A stretch of 64,000 bases of DNA from a virus (taxonomy: Duplodnaviria > Caudoviricetes). The DNA is taken from IMG/VR virus record IMGVR_UViG_3300037470_000569, positions 16,679-80,678 of that record; one strand, 5' to 3'. A program made the position numbers and the translations under genes. Positions 45,960 through 56,362 of the stretch are shown here, in pieces. Below the pieces are notes generated by a model that searched no databases, had not been told where the DNA came from, and worked only from the letters and a program-made list of their open reading frames with translations. Every line of letters begins with the position of its first letter. Within the stretch, counting starts at the first letter, position 1.

Positions 45960-46169
45960 ATGAAAATTTCACTGAGCGTCGACGGGAAAGTGTACGTCCA
46001 CATTCGTGAGACCTATCCGCGTGAGTCTAAGTACTACCGCTGGCTGATTCACGGACTCACTCAGCCGGGTTGGACTCGTAATAACGTCGGTTTCGCCTGG
46101 ACAAAGAAGGGAGCGATTCGAGCAGCAAAACGAGTCGCTCGCATAGCTGGAGTCGAGGTTCAGAGTTGA
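45960..46169 (+). CDS. Hypothetical protein
   Basis: Operon continuity. Confidence 0.55.
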   Translation: MKISLSVDGKVYVHIRETYPRESKYYRWLIHGLTQPGWTRNNVGFAWTKKGAIRAAKRVARIAGVEVQS

Positions 46170-47134
46170 GCTTATTCGTTGAAGTCGACGACATGCGGTT
46201 CGGTTATCGTGACCTCATTGATCGGGTCATACGTCACGGTAGCTGGACGAACCCGCGTGGTCGACGGACGCTCGAACTTTCTGATGTCTGCATCGCACTC
46301 CAGCAACCGACACACTCGGTGCCGATCGGAATTGGACGCAAGCTCAACCTTGCGGTCGCGTCCGCCGAATTTATCCAACTGCTGGGTGGCTACTCGGATG
46401 TGCACCAGTTAACAGCGATCCAGCCGCGATTCCTCGAGTTCACCGACGCTGGACGACTTCGTGGAGCATACGGTCCTCGACTTCGAACACAGTTACGACA
46501 GGTCGTGCGCCTGTTGCAGCGAGACCCCGCGTCTCGCCAAGCGGTTGTGAACCTGTGGCGCCATGACGAGCTGGAGACATCCAGTAGTGACGTTCCGTGT
46601 ACGCTCTCGCTCGGGTTTACGATCCGTGATGATGTACTGGATGCTCGTGTGACAATGAGAAGTTCCGACCTGTGGCTCGGAATCCCTTATGACTTTGCCC
46701 AGTTCACGGCACTCCAGCGTACTCTGGCTGCTGTGCTGAACGTTGGTGTTGGGTCATACACGCATACATCATGGTCACTTCATCTTTATGAAGAGCATCT
46801 CGAACTCGCTTCGCAGCTCACTACGCCGACTGACTGGTATGACTCGATGCCACCAGTCACCCTCGGCGTACCAATGATCGTAACTGAGCAGACTCCGGCC
46901 GACCTGGTTTGGCTCGCTACAGCAGATCACGCGCGTCGATTGGGGCTTAACCAACTGGAACCCGAGCAGGTGACTGCGGGCTCTCTGGTGCACCTGAAGC
47001 GGCTCTATCGGTACCAACCGGACCGCCGTTTCTGTTCGTGGTGTCACTATACATACTTACCATCCGAGTCTAAACATCCCAATGAGTGTCACGAGTGCTA
47101 TAAGCCACCAGTGTTTCATCGGGGTGGAGCATGA
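46166..47134 (+). CDS. Thymidylate synthase-fold enzyme, probably a dCMP hydroxymethylase/methylase
   Basis: AYGPRL, SRQAV, DVPCT, MRSSD, HLY; PYD (Asp) at the position of the ThyA PFN Asn. Confidence 0.85.
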   Translation: MSLFVEVDDMRFGYRDLIDRVIRHGSWTNPRGRRTLELSDVCIALQQPTHSVPIGIGRKLNLAVASAEFIQLLGGYSDVHQLTAIQPRFLEFTDAGRLRGAYGPRLRTQLRQVVRLLQRDPASRQAVVNLWRHDELETSSSDVPCTLSLGFTIRDDVLDARVTMRSSDLWLGIPYDFAQFTALQRTLAAVLNVGVGSYTHTSWSLHLYEEHLELASQLTTPTDWYDSMPPVTLGVPMIVTEQTPADLVWLATADHARRLGLNQLEPEQVTAGSLVHLKRLYRYQPDRRFCSWCHYTYLPSESKHPNECHECYKPPVFHRGGA

Positions 47135-47622
47135 CACTTTATCGTACTTCATGGGATGATACGTGGCTTGCAATTGCGCACTCGATTGCTCGACGTAGTC
47201 GCTGCACTCGTGGTCAGATCGGTGCAGTGGTTGTCGACCCACGCAACCGAGTCGTTGCGGTTGGGTACACGGGACCACCCGCGGGTTATCCCAATGAAGG
47301 TCCATGTAGCGACTTCTGTGAGCGTGCGCAGTATGGGCCACGCGCCGATACACTCAAGTCATATTCTGATTGCACAAGCATTCATGCGGAGCAGAACGCT
47401 TTACTCGTATGCGATCGAACAGATCGAGTTGGTGGTACGATCTACACCACAAGCGATGTATGCTGGGCTTGTGCGAAGATGATTGCCAACTCGGGACTCG
47501 CACGTGTGGTCGTCCAAGTCACGTACTCGGATCATCGTGATCCTGAGAAGTCATATGGCTTACTTGAAGATTGCGGTCTTGAAGTTAAGCTCGTGAAGGA
47601 GATTCGTGCCGGCACTGGATGA
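47131..47622 (+). CDS. dCMP deaminase
   Basis: SRCTRGQIGAV, HAEQNA, CWAC. Confidence 0.9.
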   Translation: MTLYRTSWDDTWLAIAHSIARRSRCTRGQIGAVVVDPRNRVVAVGYTGPPAGYPNEGPCSDFCERAQYGPRADTLKSYSDCTSIHAEQNALLVCDRTDRVGGTIYTTSDVCWACAKMIANSGLARVVVQVTYSDHRDPEKSYGLLEDCGLEVKLVKEIRAGTG

Positions 47623-49384
47623 CGTCAAGGTCACGAAGGTCGACACGTTCGCAGATGCTGAGCGTTGCATCCAGTGGTTAACCGACCTGGGTAATGGTGT
47701 TCTTGCCATAGACACCGAGACCACGGGTTTGAGACCACATGAGCACCACATCAGACTCGGGCAGCTCGGGGATGATAAGCAGGCGTGGGTGTTTGAGTGT
47801 GAGGGCAACCGGTCATGGGCCGGATTCTTCGTCGAGCTCATCAAGAAGTTCACAGGAACGCTTGTCGGGCATAATCTGAAATACGATGAGCGTGTCATTC
47901 GTAAGTGGTTGAACGTTCAACTTCCTCTCGAGCGTTGTCACGACACAATGCTGATGTCCAGGGTCGTAGAACCCACTCGCTCGGCAGCACTGAAGCGCCT
48001 CAGCTCGCAGTTGGTCGATCCCCGTGCAGCTGTACTGCAGTCTCAGCTAGATGATGCCATGAAGACCTCAGGTTTCGGCTGGGATACCGTTCCCTTGAGT
48101 TTCGAGATGTACTGGATGTATGCCGGCATTGACTGTGTACTCACTCGGCAGGTGTATGATATCCTCCACCCACGTACCATGGCTGAGGCTCCACGCGCTT
48201 ATGAGCTCGAGCTCGCTGTGTCGTCGGTTTGTGGGAAGATGGAAGATCACGGCATTCGCGTCGACACCGCACGTGCTGAGCAGAAGCACGATGAGCTGCT
48301 CAAGTACGTCGATGAACTCGCCACATACTGTCAGACGTACTACAACGTGCACCCTGGGAAGAACAAAGACGTCATTGAGTACCTCACCAACCAGGGGATC
48401 ACGTTCACAACCCTGACGAAGGGTGGTTCGATCGCGCTAGATGCTGAGGTGCTGGATGGCATTGATCACCCGCTCGCGAACCTCGTGCTCCAGCGTCGCA
48501 AAGCACAGAAGGTTGCTCGCACGTACTTGCGGCACTTCTTCGAGGATGTGGATGAGGATGATAGACTTCATCCGAGTGTAAATTTCGTGGCTGCGGAAAC
48601 CGGTCGCATGTCAATGAGCTCGCCAAACATGCAGAACCTCCCTCGTACAGACACGAATGAGCTTGCACAGCTCGTGCGATCTTGTGTTATCCCCGCGCCC
48701 GATCATACACTCGTATTCGCTGACTTCTCGCAGATTGAGTTCCGTCTCTTTGCTTCACTGAGTGAAGATCAAGATCTCATTCACGCATTCGATGCTGATG
48801 ACTTTTTCACTGAGATGGCTCGGGGGATCTTTAATGATCCGAACATTCAAAAGAAGGACCCCCGTCGACAAATCACTAAAAATGCAATGTATGCAACGAT
48901 CTATGGAGCAGGTGATAAGAAGTTCGCATGGACCGCGGGTATTAGTCTCTCTGAGGCGAAAGAGTTCATGGCACTTCTCAATCTTCGATTCCCAGCGATT
49001 AAGCAGCTCCAGCGTCGAATCACCGGTGAAGGCGAGCGTAACCTTCGTGAGACCGGCACGGCATCAGTGATGGGACCACTCTTTGGTCGTCGGTTCTCGA
49101 TCGATGACGATAAGATCTACAAGCTCGTCAATTTCATGGTGCAGGGAAGTGCGGCACAGGTCTTGAAATTGAAGTTGATCCAGCTCGCACAAGCGGGGTT
49201 ACAAGAATACTTAGTCATTCCTGTACATGACGAAGTTATCCTCGAAGTCCCCGACGGAATACTTCACGACGTCGTTCATACGGTGAGTGGCATCATGAAC
49301 GATAGTACGATGTTCGCGGTGCCGCTTGAGTCAGAGATCACGATCGGTAGTTCGTGGGGAACTAAGAGAGCTTATGCCCGCTAG
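47606..49384 (+). CDS. polA: DNA polymerase family A (3'-5' exonuclease + polymerase)
   Basis: IDTETTG, GHNLKYD, ETGRMS, DFSQIE, KNAMYATIYG, VHDE. Confidence 0.95.
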   Translation: MPALDDVKVTKVDTFADAERCIQWLTDLGNGVLAIDTETTGLRPHEHHIRLGQLGDDKQAWVFECEGNRSWAGFFVELIKKFTGTLVGHNLKYDERVIRKWLNVQLPLERCHDTMLMSRVVEPTRSAALKRLSSQLVDPRAAVLQSQLDDAMKTSGFGWDTVPLSFEMYWMYAGIDCVLTRQVYDILHPRTMAEAPRAYELELAVSSVCGKMEDHGIRVDTARAEQKHDELLKYVDELATYCQTYYNVHPGKNKDVIEYLTNQGITFTTLTKGGSIALDAEVLDGIDHPLANLVLQRRKAQKVARTYLRHFFEDVDEDDRLHPSVNFVAAETGRMSMSSPNMQNLPRTDTNELAQLVRSCVIPAPDHTLVFADFSQIEFRLFASLSEDQDLIHAFDADDFFTEMARGIFNDPNIQKKDPRRQITKNAMYATIYGAGDKKFAWTAGISLSEAKEFMALLNLRFPAIKQLQRRITGEGERNLRETGTASVMGPLFGRRFSIDDDKIYKLVNFMVQGSAAQVLKLKLIQLAQAGLQEYLVIPVHDEVILEVPDGILHDVVHTVSGIMNDSTMFAVPLESEITIGSSWGTKRAYAR

Positions 49385-49386
49385 AT

Positions 49387-49896
49387 ATGTGGAACTTGCG
49401 CTTTGAGCGCTACGGTCCTGCCCCCTGGATGTGTGGTTATTGCGATACGTTAATTCACCAATTTGGGAAAGATTCCGATGACGGACAAGTTCATCACATC
49501 GACGGTGATCATGAAAACGACGAACCAAGTAACTTAGCAATCATACATTGTGCTTGTCATACGAAGTTGCATCGTATCGGCTACAAGCATACTCAAGAAA
49601 CTCGCGATAAGATCGCAAATGCACATAAGGGTATATCTAAGTCACCCGAGCACATCGCTGCAATCAAAGCAAATCACGTGGGTATGTTAGGAAAGACACA
49701 ATCACCTGAAACACGTGAGAAGCAGTCAGCTGCACATCGCGGACGACCTAAGTCTGCTGAACATCGCGTACGTCTTTCTGAAGCAGCAAAGAATGAGCAA
49801 CGCTTTGAGTGTCCTTATTGTGATGCTGTGATGCGGAAACCTAATCTTGTACAGCACGTCAAAGCTAGACATGCACAAGATATCATCTCTCAATGA
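49387..49896 (+). CDS. HNH endonuclease with NUMOD3-like repeats
   Basis: VHHIDGDHENDEPSNL...CH; HTQETRDKI, SPETREKQS. Confidence 0.85.
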   Translation: MWNLRFERYGPAPWMCGYCDTLIHQFGKDSDDGQVHHIDGDHENDEPSNLAIIHCACHTKLHRIGYKHTQETRDKIANAHKGISKSPEHIAAIKANHVGMLGKTQSPETREKQSAAHRGRPKSAEHRVRLSEAAKNEQRFECPYCDAVMRKPNLVQHVKARHAQDIISQ

Positions 49897-49927
49897 ATTA
49901 CACTTGAACCTGATAAGGTAGACGTAG

Positions 49928-50422
49928 ATGATTGAGACACTGGTAACAACAGCTACACGTCCTAAGATCGTGATTGGTGTTGACCCGGGTACGAATACGG
50001 GTGTTGTGGTTTGGGACAATGAGAAACACTGTGTCCTCGCGCATATCGTCGATAAGCCGCAAGCAGTGTATGCTGCTCTTATTTCGACCACGCAAAGCAT
50101 GATTCATCAAGGCGTTCGACCCGTGTTGGTGATCGAACGGTTGGATCTCTCACAAGACACACTGCGAAAGACGCGTGCCGGTATCGACGATCTCATTCAC
50201 ATACTTGGCGCTACGTGGGCACTCGCTACATTCTTCAATCTCGAATATCACGAGGTTGGGCGATCTGACACGAAGAACTTCGCACATGACGAAGCACTCC
50301 AGCGTCGAGGCCTTTGGCTCGAGTCACGACATACCCGTGATGCATTGCGAGCTGTGATCACGTGGCTCGCAAGTCACGATAACGAATTCGCTAAGCGCTG
50401 GGCATTCACAGAAGACAACTGA
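49928..50422 (+). CDS. RuvC-like Holliday junction resolvase
   Basis: IGVDPGTNTG, VIE, HTRDA. Confidence 0.8.
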   Translation: MIETLVTTATRPKIVIGVDPGTNTGVVVWDNEKHCVLAHIVDKPQAVYAALISTTQSMIHQGVRPVLVIERLDLSQDTLRKTRAGIDDLIHILGATWALATFFNLEYHEVGRSDTKNFAHDEALQRRGLWLESRHTRDALRAVITWLASHDNEFAKRWAFTEDN

Positions 50423-50436
50423 GATGAGGAATTACG

Positions 50437-50766
50437 ATGACAACGAAGCAGCATGTCCTGACGTATCCGTGTCGAGGCACGCGCCACTGGATGGAGCAGG
50501 TCCCACGACCCGTTGACTGGGTCATGCCCGGTACGGATTACTGGCACGGTGCATGGGCAATCCTACACCTACGTTGTGCACGATGCCAGACCGAGCGGCA
50601 CATCGCACTCGACTACAACGGGTACATCCTCGCTGATAAGTACGATCACAGACCGCCGGGCTACAATCTGAAGAGTGGTGAAGCGCCGGCCAGAGAGCAG
50701 GTGCGTCTATGGTTGCTCGAAGACACACGTGACCGAAAGAAGCGGCGATTGAAGTCAGTGAAATAA
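50437..50766 (+). CDS. Hypothetical protein
   Basis: RBS GAGG; CARC..ERH motif. Confidence 0.6.
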   Translation: MTTKQHVLTYPCRGTRHWMEQVPRPVDWVMPGTDYWHGAWAILHLRCARCQTERHIALDYNGYILADKYDHRPPGYNLKSGEAPAREQVRLWLLEDTRDRKKRRLKSVK

Positions 50767-50768
50767 TC

Positions 50769-52601
50769 TTGGCACACGCCGATCACACAGCCGAACAAAT
50801 CACATTGCGAACTGATTGGACCGAGAAGGACCTCGCATCACAGGTACCTGGTCTGAACTATCGGTCGAGCGATGACTTGTGGTCAGGCCCTGCGACGTGG
50901 GGTGTGTTCGTTGCTCTGTGTGGAATCTTCCAGGGTACGAAGCAAGATGGCTCACCACGACTGACGCTCAGCCCTGAGCTTCACGCTTGGTATGTCGAAC
51001 GCTGGAGCTGGTACGCCGCATCGATCGACTTCCGTGACCGATTGACGTATGACGGCACGGGTCAGTTCGACCCGCGTCTCTATGATTTCCAGCGGGCGAG
51101 CGTTGCATATCACAACATCGTCAACACGGGTACAATTGGTACGATAGATACATCAGAAATGGGGACAGGCAAAAGTTGTATCACGCTTTCCACACTTCGA
51201 TATTGGGGTCTTGAAGATTCTCTTCCGGGTATTGTCATTTGCCCGAACTCAGTAAAGCATGTTTGGAATCATGAAGCTGCAATGTGGTTCCCTGACGCTA
51301 CTCCATACGTCATCGAAGGCTCAGCACTCCAGCGTCGTCAGCAATTTGCTGAGGCGCTCAAGGATCCGACCGCACTCGTGATACTGAACTTCGAGGCCGC
51401 GAAGATTCACTCGCGACTCGCTCCTTATGGTTCAGTCCGACTGACACGCTGCCGGGCGTGTGGTGGTGGTCACGATTCGACAGTGACTGCGGCTCGCTGT
51501 CAGGTGCATGACAAGGAACTTCAGAAGTTCAGCTTCAAGTCAGTGATCATCGACGAAGCTCACAAGATGAAGAATCCGCAAAGCCAGCAGACCCGAGCGT
51601 GCTGGGCAGTCCAGCATCAACCTAGCGTGAAGCATCGCATCTCGCTAACTGGCACGCCAATCGCCAACCATGTCGGCGACCTCTGGTCTCTACTTCACGG
51701 TGTTGCGCCCGATGACTTTGCTGTGAAGACGAAGTTCATCGATCGCTACGCGTTGATCGCGTGGAACCCCCAGGCAACACTGGACATCGTTGGTGTACGA
51801 CCCGACACACGCGGCGAGTTCGACCAGATCGTCGCACCTCGCTTCCGCCGAGTACTGAAGGCACAAGTGTTGACACAGCTTCCACCCAAGGTCCGCGAGA
51901 CACGACATGCACCCCTCACTCCGACGCAGCGGAAGCTCTATAAGCAGATGGAGAAGGATCTCCTCGTCACGTTCGAGGACAACGACGACGTTCTGATCGC
52001 ACCAAATAACCTAACGAAGGCTACCCGACTACTCCAGTTTGCATCGGCCAGCTGTACACTCGACGATGCTGGTCGGGTGTTACTCACAGCACCCAGCGCT
52101 AAGCTTGACGTTCTCGAAGAAATCCTCGGTGAGCTGGAGGGTAAGCAGATCGTGGTCTGCGCACTCTCACGACAGCTTATCGAGCTCGCGGCTGAACGTC
52201 TGACGAAGCTGGGTGTGTCACATCGTCTCGTGACGGGTAAGATCTCAGAGTACGATCGCGCCGATAACGTAAAGCTCTTCCAGGACGGTCACGTCCGCGT
52301 GCTACTCTTCACACTCGGCGCTGGAGGTACGGGCATCACGCTCACGGCAGCTGATACGATTGTGTTTCTCCAACGCTCGTGGTCACCGATCGATAACCGT
52401 CAAGCCGAAGATCGCGTGCACCGCATCGGATCAGAGCGGCACGAGACGGTCACTATCATTGACATCGTCGCACCTGGTACGATCGAGATCCGACAACTCG
52501 AGAGCCTAAGACGTAAGCTCGATCAGCTCGAAGACATCGTGCATGACCGCGAAGCCCTACTTCGAACGCAGACACTTCCCGAGATAGAGGACATCACATG
52601 A
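50769..52601 (+). CDS. SNF2-family helicase
   Basis: EMGTGKS, DEAH, LTGTP, QAEDRVHRIG. Confidence 0.92.
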   Translation: MAHADHTAEQITLRTDWTEKDLASQVPGLNYRSSDDLWSGPATWGVFVALCGIFQGTKQDGSPRLTLSPELHAWYVERWSWYAASIDFRDRLTYDGTGQFDPRLYDFQRASVAYHNIVNTGTIGTIDTSEMGTGKSCITLSTLRYWGLEDSLPGIVICPNSVKHVWNHEAAMWFPDATPYVIEGSALQRRQQFAEALKDPTALVILNFEAAKIHSRLAPYGSVRLTRCRACGGGHDSTVTAARCQVHDKELQKFSFKSVIIDEAHKMKNPQSQQTRACWAVQHQPSVKHRISLTGTPIANHVGDLWSLLHGVAPDDFAVKTKFIDRYALIAWNPQATLDIVGVRPDTRGEFDQIVAPRFRRVLKAQVLTQLPPKVRETRHAPLTPTQRKLYKQMEKDLLVTFEDNDDVLIAPNNLTKATRLLQFASASCTLDDAGRVLLTAPSAKLDVLEEILGELEGKQIVVCALSRQLIELAAERLTKLGVSHRLVTGKISEYDRADNVKLFQDGHVRVLLFTLGAGGTGITLTAADTIVFLQRSWSPIDNRQAEDRVHRIGSERHETVTIIDIVAPGTIEIRQLESLRRKLDQLEDIVHDREALLRTQTLPEIEDIT

Positions 52602-52693
52602 ATGTCGATTGGCCCATAGCTATTGTACTCACCGTGCTGATCTTGACACTCGGCACGATCGCACTAGCCCTCATCATGAACCCGAAGAAGTAG
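52598..52693 (+). CDS. Small membrane peptide (31 aa)
   Basis: RBS GAGG; ATGA coupling. Confidence 0.5.
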   Translation: MNVDWPIAIVLTVLILTLGTIALALIMNPKK

Positions 52694-52701
52694 GGAGTTC
52701 T

Positions 52702-54246
52702 ATGTCTGACTTCACCGGTGAGCAGGTGCTCGCGGTGCGTAAGAGTCTCAAGTTGAGCCGTGAGAAGTTTGCCGCTCAAGTCGGACTCACTCCCGCGAAG
52801 CTACACAACATCGAAACCGGCAAGCGCGCCATGCGCCCTGAGGAACGCGCAGCACTTGCGGTGGTCATGACCGGTGACCGCATCGCACTGGCACCCGATC
52901 CACTTCCTAAAGTACCGAGTGTCGCACAGACATTCCCCGTCGGTACCAACGGCACCTTCATCTATCTCGATGAAATCGACGGCGTTGATGATACGCTGTG
53001 GTTGGACATTCTCAATCATCCGAACTTCGGTGATACGAGTGCGCTACTCCAGCAACCCGAGGTGATCACCGAGCTGGAGGCCGAGCGAACTCATGCCGCA
53101 CGTGTCGCCGAGCTCGTTCAACATCTCTCACCGACGTCAATCGAGGCGCGTGCGGTACTCGTTGGATCACTCACACCAGAGCTGTGGCAAGTGGCAAGTG
53201 ATCAAGATGCTCGTATTGGTGTCGCAGGTCTTTACACCGAAGATGGCCAGCGGCGGATTACGAACTCCGAGCTGCAGACATTCAAACATTGCCGACGTAA
53301 GTGGTGGTTGGGTTGGTATCGAGGCCTTGCACCACGTGCTCAGTCACAGACTGGACCGCTCGCAATTGGCACGCGCATTCACGAAGCGTTGGCCGCGTAC
53401 TATGTACCCGGCTGGCAAGGTACTCGTCCCGAGCAGGCACTGGAGGACGCGCTACTCCGCGACGAAACGACGCTCATTGGGCAGCTTGCTGAGTTCGAAG
53501 CAGACCCGGCTACCCAGCGTTTGCTCGACTTTAAGAAGGAAGCTGACCTCGCACGTGCGATGATCGAGGGTTATGTCCAGTGGATCTCTGAGACTGGTGC
53601 CGATCAAGGGTATGCGGTGATTCAGTCAGAGCGTACACTCACGACGAGCATCGAGACTCCCAGCGATGACACGCCTAACATTCAACTAGGCGGGACAGTC
53701 GACGTTCAGCTCCAGCGTGAGCATGACGACGCTGTGCTTTGGATGGATCATAAGACGACACAGAGCTTCGGACAGCTCACACGTATGCTCCTATGGGATG
53801 AGCAGATGCAGCACTACCACGTGTTAGAGGAGGGAAACCGACCAGAAGTCGTCGCGGACGACATCGCTGACGGTGTACCATTGGTCGACGGTGCTCTCTA
53901 CAACATGCTCCGCAAGGTCAAGCGGACAGCTACTGCTAAGCCGCCGTTCTACGAGCGTGTCGAGGTTCGGCACAATCCTCACCAGGTCAGCAACTTCAAG
54001 CGGCGACTCGTGGGTGAGACACTGCAGGTCATGCAGGTCGAACGTTCACTTCAGGAGGGCGTCGGACACCAACTTGCTGTGTATCCCAGCCCAAGTACTC
54101 GGTGTCTTTGGGGCTGTGAATTCAGTGCAGTGTGTCCGAGCTTCGACGATAATTCACGTGCCGAGGATTTTGTGAAAGATCACTTTGTCACGCTTAACCC
54201 ACTTCGTCGTTATGATGATCGCGTGAGCATGAATGAAGAAAGTTGA
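52702..54246 (+). CDS. XRE-HTH fused to a Cas4-like PD-(D/E)xK exonuclease
   Basis: LSREKFAAQVGLTPAKLHNIETG; CRRKWW, GTRIHEAL, GTVD..WMDHKT, Q..HY, C.WGCEF..VC. Confidence 0.85.
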   Translation: MSDFTGEQVLAVRKSLKLSREKFAAQVGLTPAKLHNIETGKRAMRPEERAALAVVMTGDRIALAPDPLPKVPSVAQTFPVGTNGTFIYLDEIDGVDDTLWLDILNHPNFGDTSALLQQPEVITELEAERTHAARVAELVQHLSPTSIEARAVLVGSLTPELWQVASDQDARIGVAGLYTEDGQRRITNSELQTFKHCRRKWWLGWYRGLAPRAQSQTGPLAIGTRIHEALAAYYVPGWQGTRPEQALEDALLRDETTLIGQLAEFEADPATQRLLDFKKEADLARAMIEGYVQWISETGADQGYAVIQSERTLTTSIETPSDDTPNIQLGGTVDVQLQREHDDAVLWMDHKTTQSFGQLTRMLLWDEQMQHYHVLEEGNRPEVVADDIADGVPLVDGALYNMLRKVKRTATAKPPFYERVEVRHNPHQVSNFKRRLVGETLQVMQVERSLQEGVGHQLAVYPSPSTRCLWGCEFSAVCPSFDDNSRAEDFVKDHFVTLNPLRRYDDRVSMNEES

Positions 54247-54643
54247 TCCTCGACGTCGACGTCACGTTAAGTATCTTATCGTTAAAGCAATAAAAAGTGG
54301 GGATCTCATCCCCGCTGACCAATGTGAGATGTGTGGTGCGCCACCACCACGTAATCGTCGTCTTGACGGTCATCATCATAACGGTTATGATGATGATCAC
54401 GTACTTGATGTCCAATGGCTTTGTCGTCGATGTCATGCATCGATTGAGGGCCACTATGGTGGGAGTGCGCGGAATGAATGGACACAAGAACGTCGAGTTG
54501 AAGCAGCGCGTAAAGCAGGTCTTGCGTCAGGTCGTGATGGGCGATCCCGTAGTGAAATCGCAAAAGCAGCGAGCATAGAAGGTCAAAAGAAGATAACACA
54601 CGATGCGCTTGGCCGATTTCAATCTGCGAACCTGATAGATTAA
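54233..54643 (+). CDS. HNH-type endonuclease
   Basis: CEMCG...GHH..GY...DVQWLCRRCH. Confidence 0.75.
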   Translation: MKKVDPRRRRHVKYLIVKAIKSGDLIPADQCEMCGAPPPRNRRLDGHHHNGYDDDHVLDVQWLCRRCHASIEGHYGGSARNEWTQERRVEAARKAGLASGRDGRSRSEIAKAASIEGQKKITHDALGRFQSANLID

Positions 54644-54675
54644 GACCACCACGTTCGAAAGGGTTCACACTACTT

Positions 54676-55455
54676 GTGACCGTACCTCTTTCAATACTCA
54701 TTCACGCGTTCTCGAAGGTCGGTAAGACCACGCTCGCGGGAACGTGTCCTCCGCCTGTTCTCTTCTTCGATGCTGAAGGTCGAACGCGGTTTCTTCCCAG
54801 TGCAAGCAACGTGACGGCAATGTACGGACGACCCGTGCGCCTCACACACTGGGTACCTAGTGGACCACCGCCTCTCTACGATGGGACGTGGGATATCTGC
54901 GTTGTCCAGTGTAATGACTGGATAACGGTTGAGAGAGCGTATCAATGGCTCACACAAGGGCAGCATCATTTCCAGTCGCTCGTGGTCGACTCAATCACCG
55001 AGATCCAGCGGCGTTGTCGTGAAGCGCTTGAGAATACCGGCGGCTTCGAGCATTGGGGCGCACTTCTCGAGCGCATGTCACGGATCATTCGTGGTCTCCG
55101 TGACCTAACACTTCACCCTCTTCGTCCACTAGCTGTCGTGATGTTCATTGCCGAGACACGGCAGCGCGGTGACAGTGGTAAGTGGAAACCTTCAATGCAA
55201 GGGCAGATTGAGACCGCTTTGCCCTACTGGATGGACGTCATCGGGTATCTTTACAAAGAGAACACGATGGATGCACATGGGCAGCCAACCGGACCCGAGG
55301 TTCGAAAGCTGCTCATCACACAACACCCTCTTTATGAAGCGGGTGAAGCAGTACAGGGCGTCTTAGGCGACGTCATCCTCGACCCGAACGTCTATGTGAT
55401 GCATCAGACGTTGAATCAAGCCTTCGGGCTCAGCACACATGGAGAACCGACTTGA
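54676..55455 (+). CDS. AAA_24/Sak4-like ATPase recombinase
   Basis: SKVGKT, FFDAEG, VVDSITE, IGYL. Confidence 0.8.
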   Translation: MTVPLSILIHAFSKVGKTTLAGTCPPPVLFFDAEGRTRFLPSASNVTAMYGRPVRLTHWVPSGPPPLYDGTWDICVVQCNDWITVERAYQWLTQGQHHFQSLVVDSITEIQRRCREALENTGGFEHWGALLERMSRIIRGLRDLTLHPLRPLAVVMFIAETRQRGDSGKWKPSMQGQIETALPYWMDVIGYLYKENTMDAHGQPTGPEVRKLLITQHPLYEAGEAVQGVLGDVILDPNVYVMHQTLNQAFGLSTHGEPT

Positions 55456-56321
55456 CCGTCATCAACTTCCAGCAGGCGCTCGCCCAAGCGAGTACCGTCA
55501 GTTTCGACCCGCTGCCCGACGGCACTTACGACCTCGTCTGCACCGAGACGAAGCCGACGGACAGCTCTACCGGAAAGCCCATGATCCGCACGAAGTACCG
55601 CGTGGAGACTGGACCGCACGCGGGCAAGACGGTGTTCAATCAGTATGTGTTCTCGCCCGATAGCCCGACCGCACTGGCGATCTTCTTCCGACACATGGCG
55701 TTTCACGGTCTCGACACGCAGTTCTTCAACGGACAGCCAGCGTGGGAGCAGGTCGCCGCGACGTTGGTGAACCGACGGGTGCGCATGGAGCTCGGTACCC
55801 GGATGTGGCAGGGTCAGCCGCGCAACGAGGTCAATAACGTCATGCCGCCCGATGCCCAGGCCGCCGGTCAAATGGCTATGCAACCCGGTCCCGTCGGCGC
55901 ACCGGCCGTTGCGCCTCCCACTATGATTGCTCCGATCGTTCCCAGCCCAATGGCAGCTCCTGCCCCAGCACCGATGCCGGTGATGCCTGCTCCGACGATG
56001 CCGCCTCCGATCGCCCCTGGTCCCGTGGCGCCGCCCATGCCTCAGGTTCCTGCGCCAGCTCCGATGCCGGCTCCGGCTCCAGTCGCACCAGCCCCGATCG
56101 CTCCTGCTCCCGTGGCTACTCCCGTGGCTCCGACTCCTGTGGCTCCGGCCGCTCCGGCGGCTCCTCCCGGTTGGGCGTTCGTCAATGGTCAGTGGGTTCC
56201 CGAGACTCCGGCGCCGGCCCCGCAAGGCCCGGTCACACCTCCGACGCAGGCATTCGAGCAGCCGTACACTCCGCCGGCTGAGGCCCCTCAGGTGCCGCCC
56301 CCGCCACCCATCCCCAGCTAG
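55452..56321 (+). CDS. DUF669-type ssDNA-binding protein with Pro/Ala-rich tail
   Basis: FDPLPDGTY...STGKPMI...GPHAGKTVF; follows the Sak4-like gene. Confidence 0.8.
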   Translation: MTVINFQQALAQASTVSFDPLPDGTYDLVCTETKPTDSSTGKPMIRTKYRVETGPHAGKTVFNQYVFSPDSPTALAIFFRHMAFHGLDTQFFNGQPAWEQVAATLVNRRVRMELGTRMWQGQPRNEVNNVMPPDAQAAGQMAMQPGPVGAPAVAPPTMIAPIVPSPMAAPAPAPMPVMPAPTMPPPIAPGPVAPPMPQVPAPAPMPAPAPVAPAPIAPAPVATPVAPTPVAPAAPAAPPGWAFVNGQWVPETPAPAPQGPVTPPTQAFEQPYTPPAEAPQVPPPPPIPS

Positions 56322-56362
56322 GATATAGGCGACAAACCCCCGATCACAGGAGATCGAACTCA

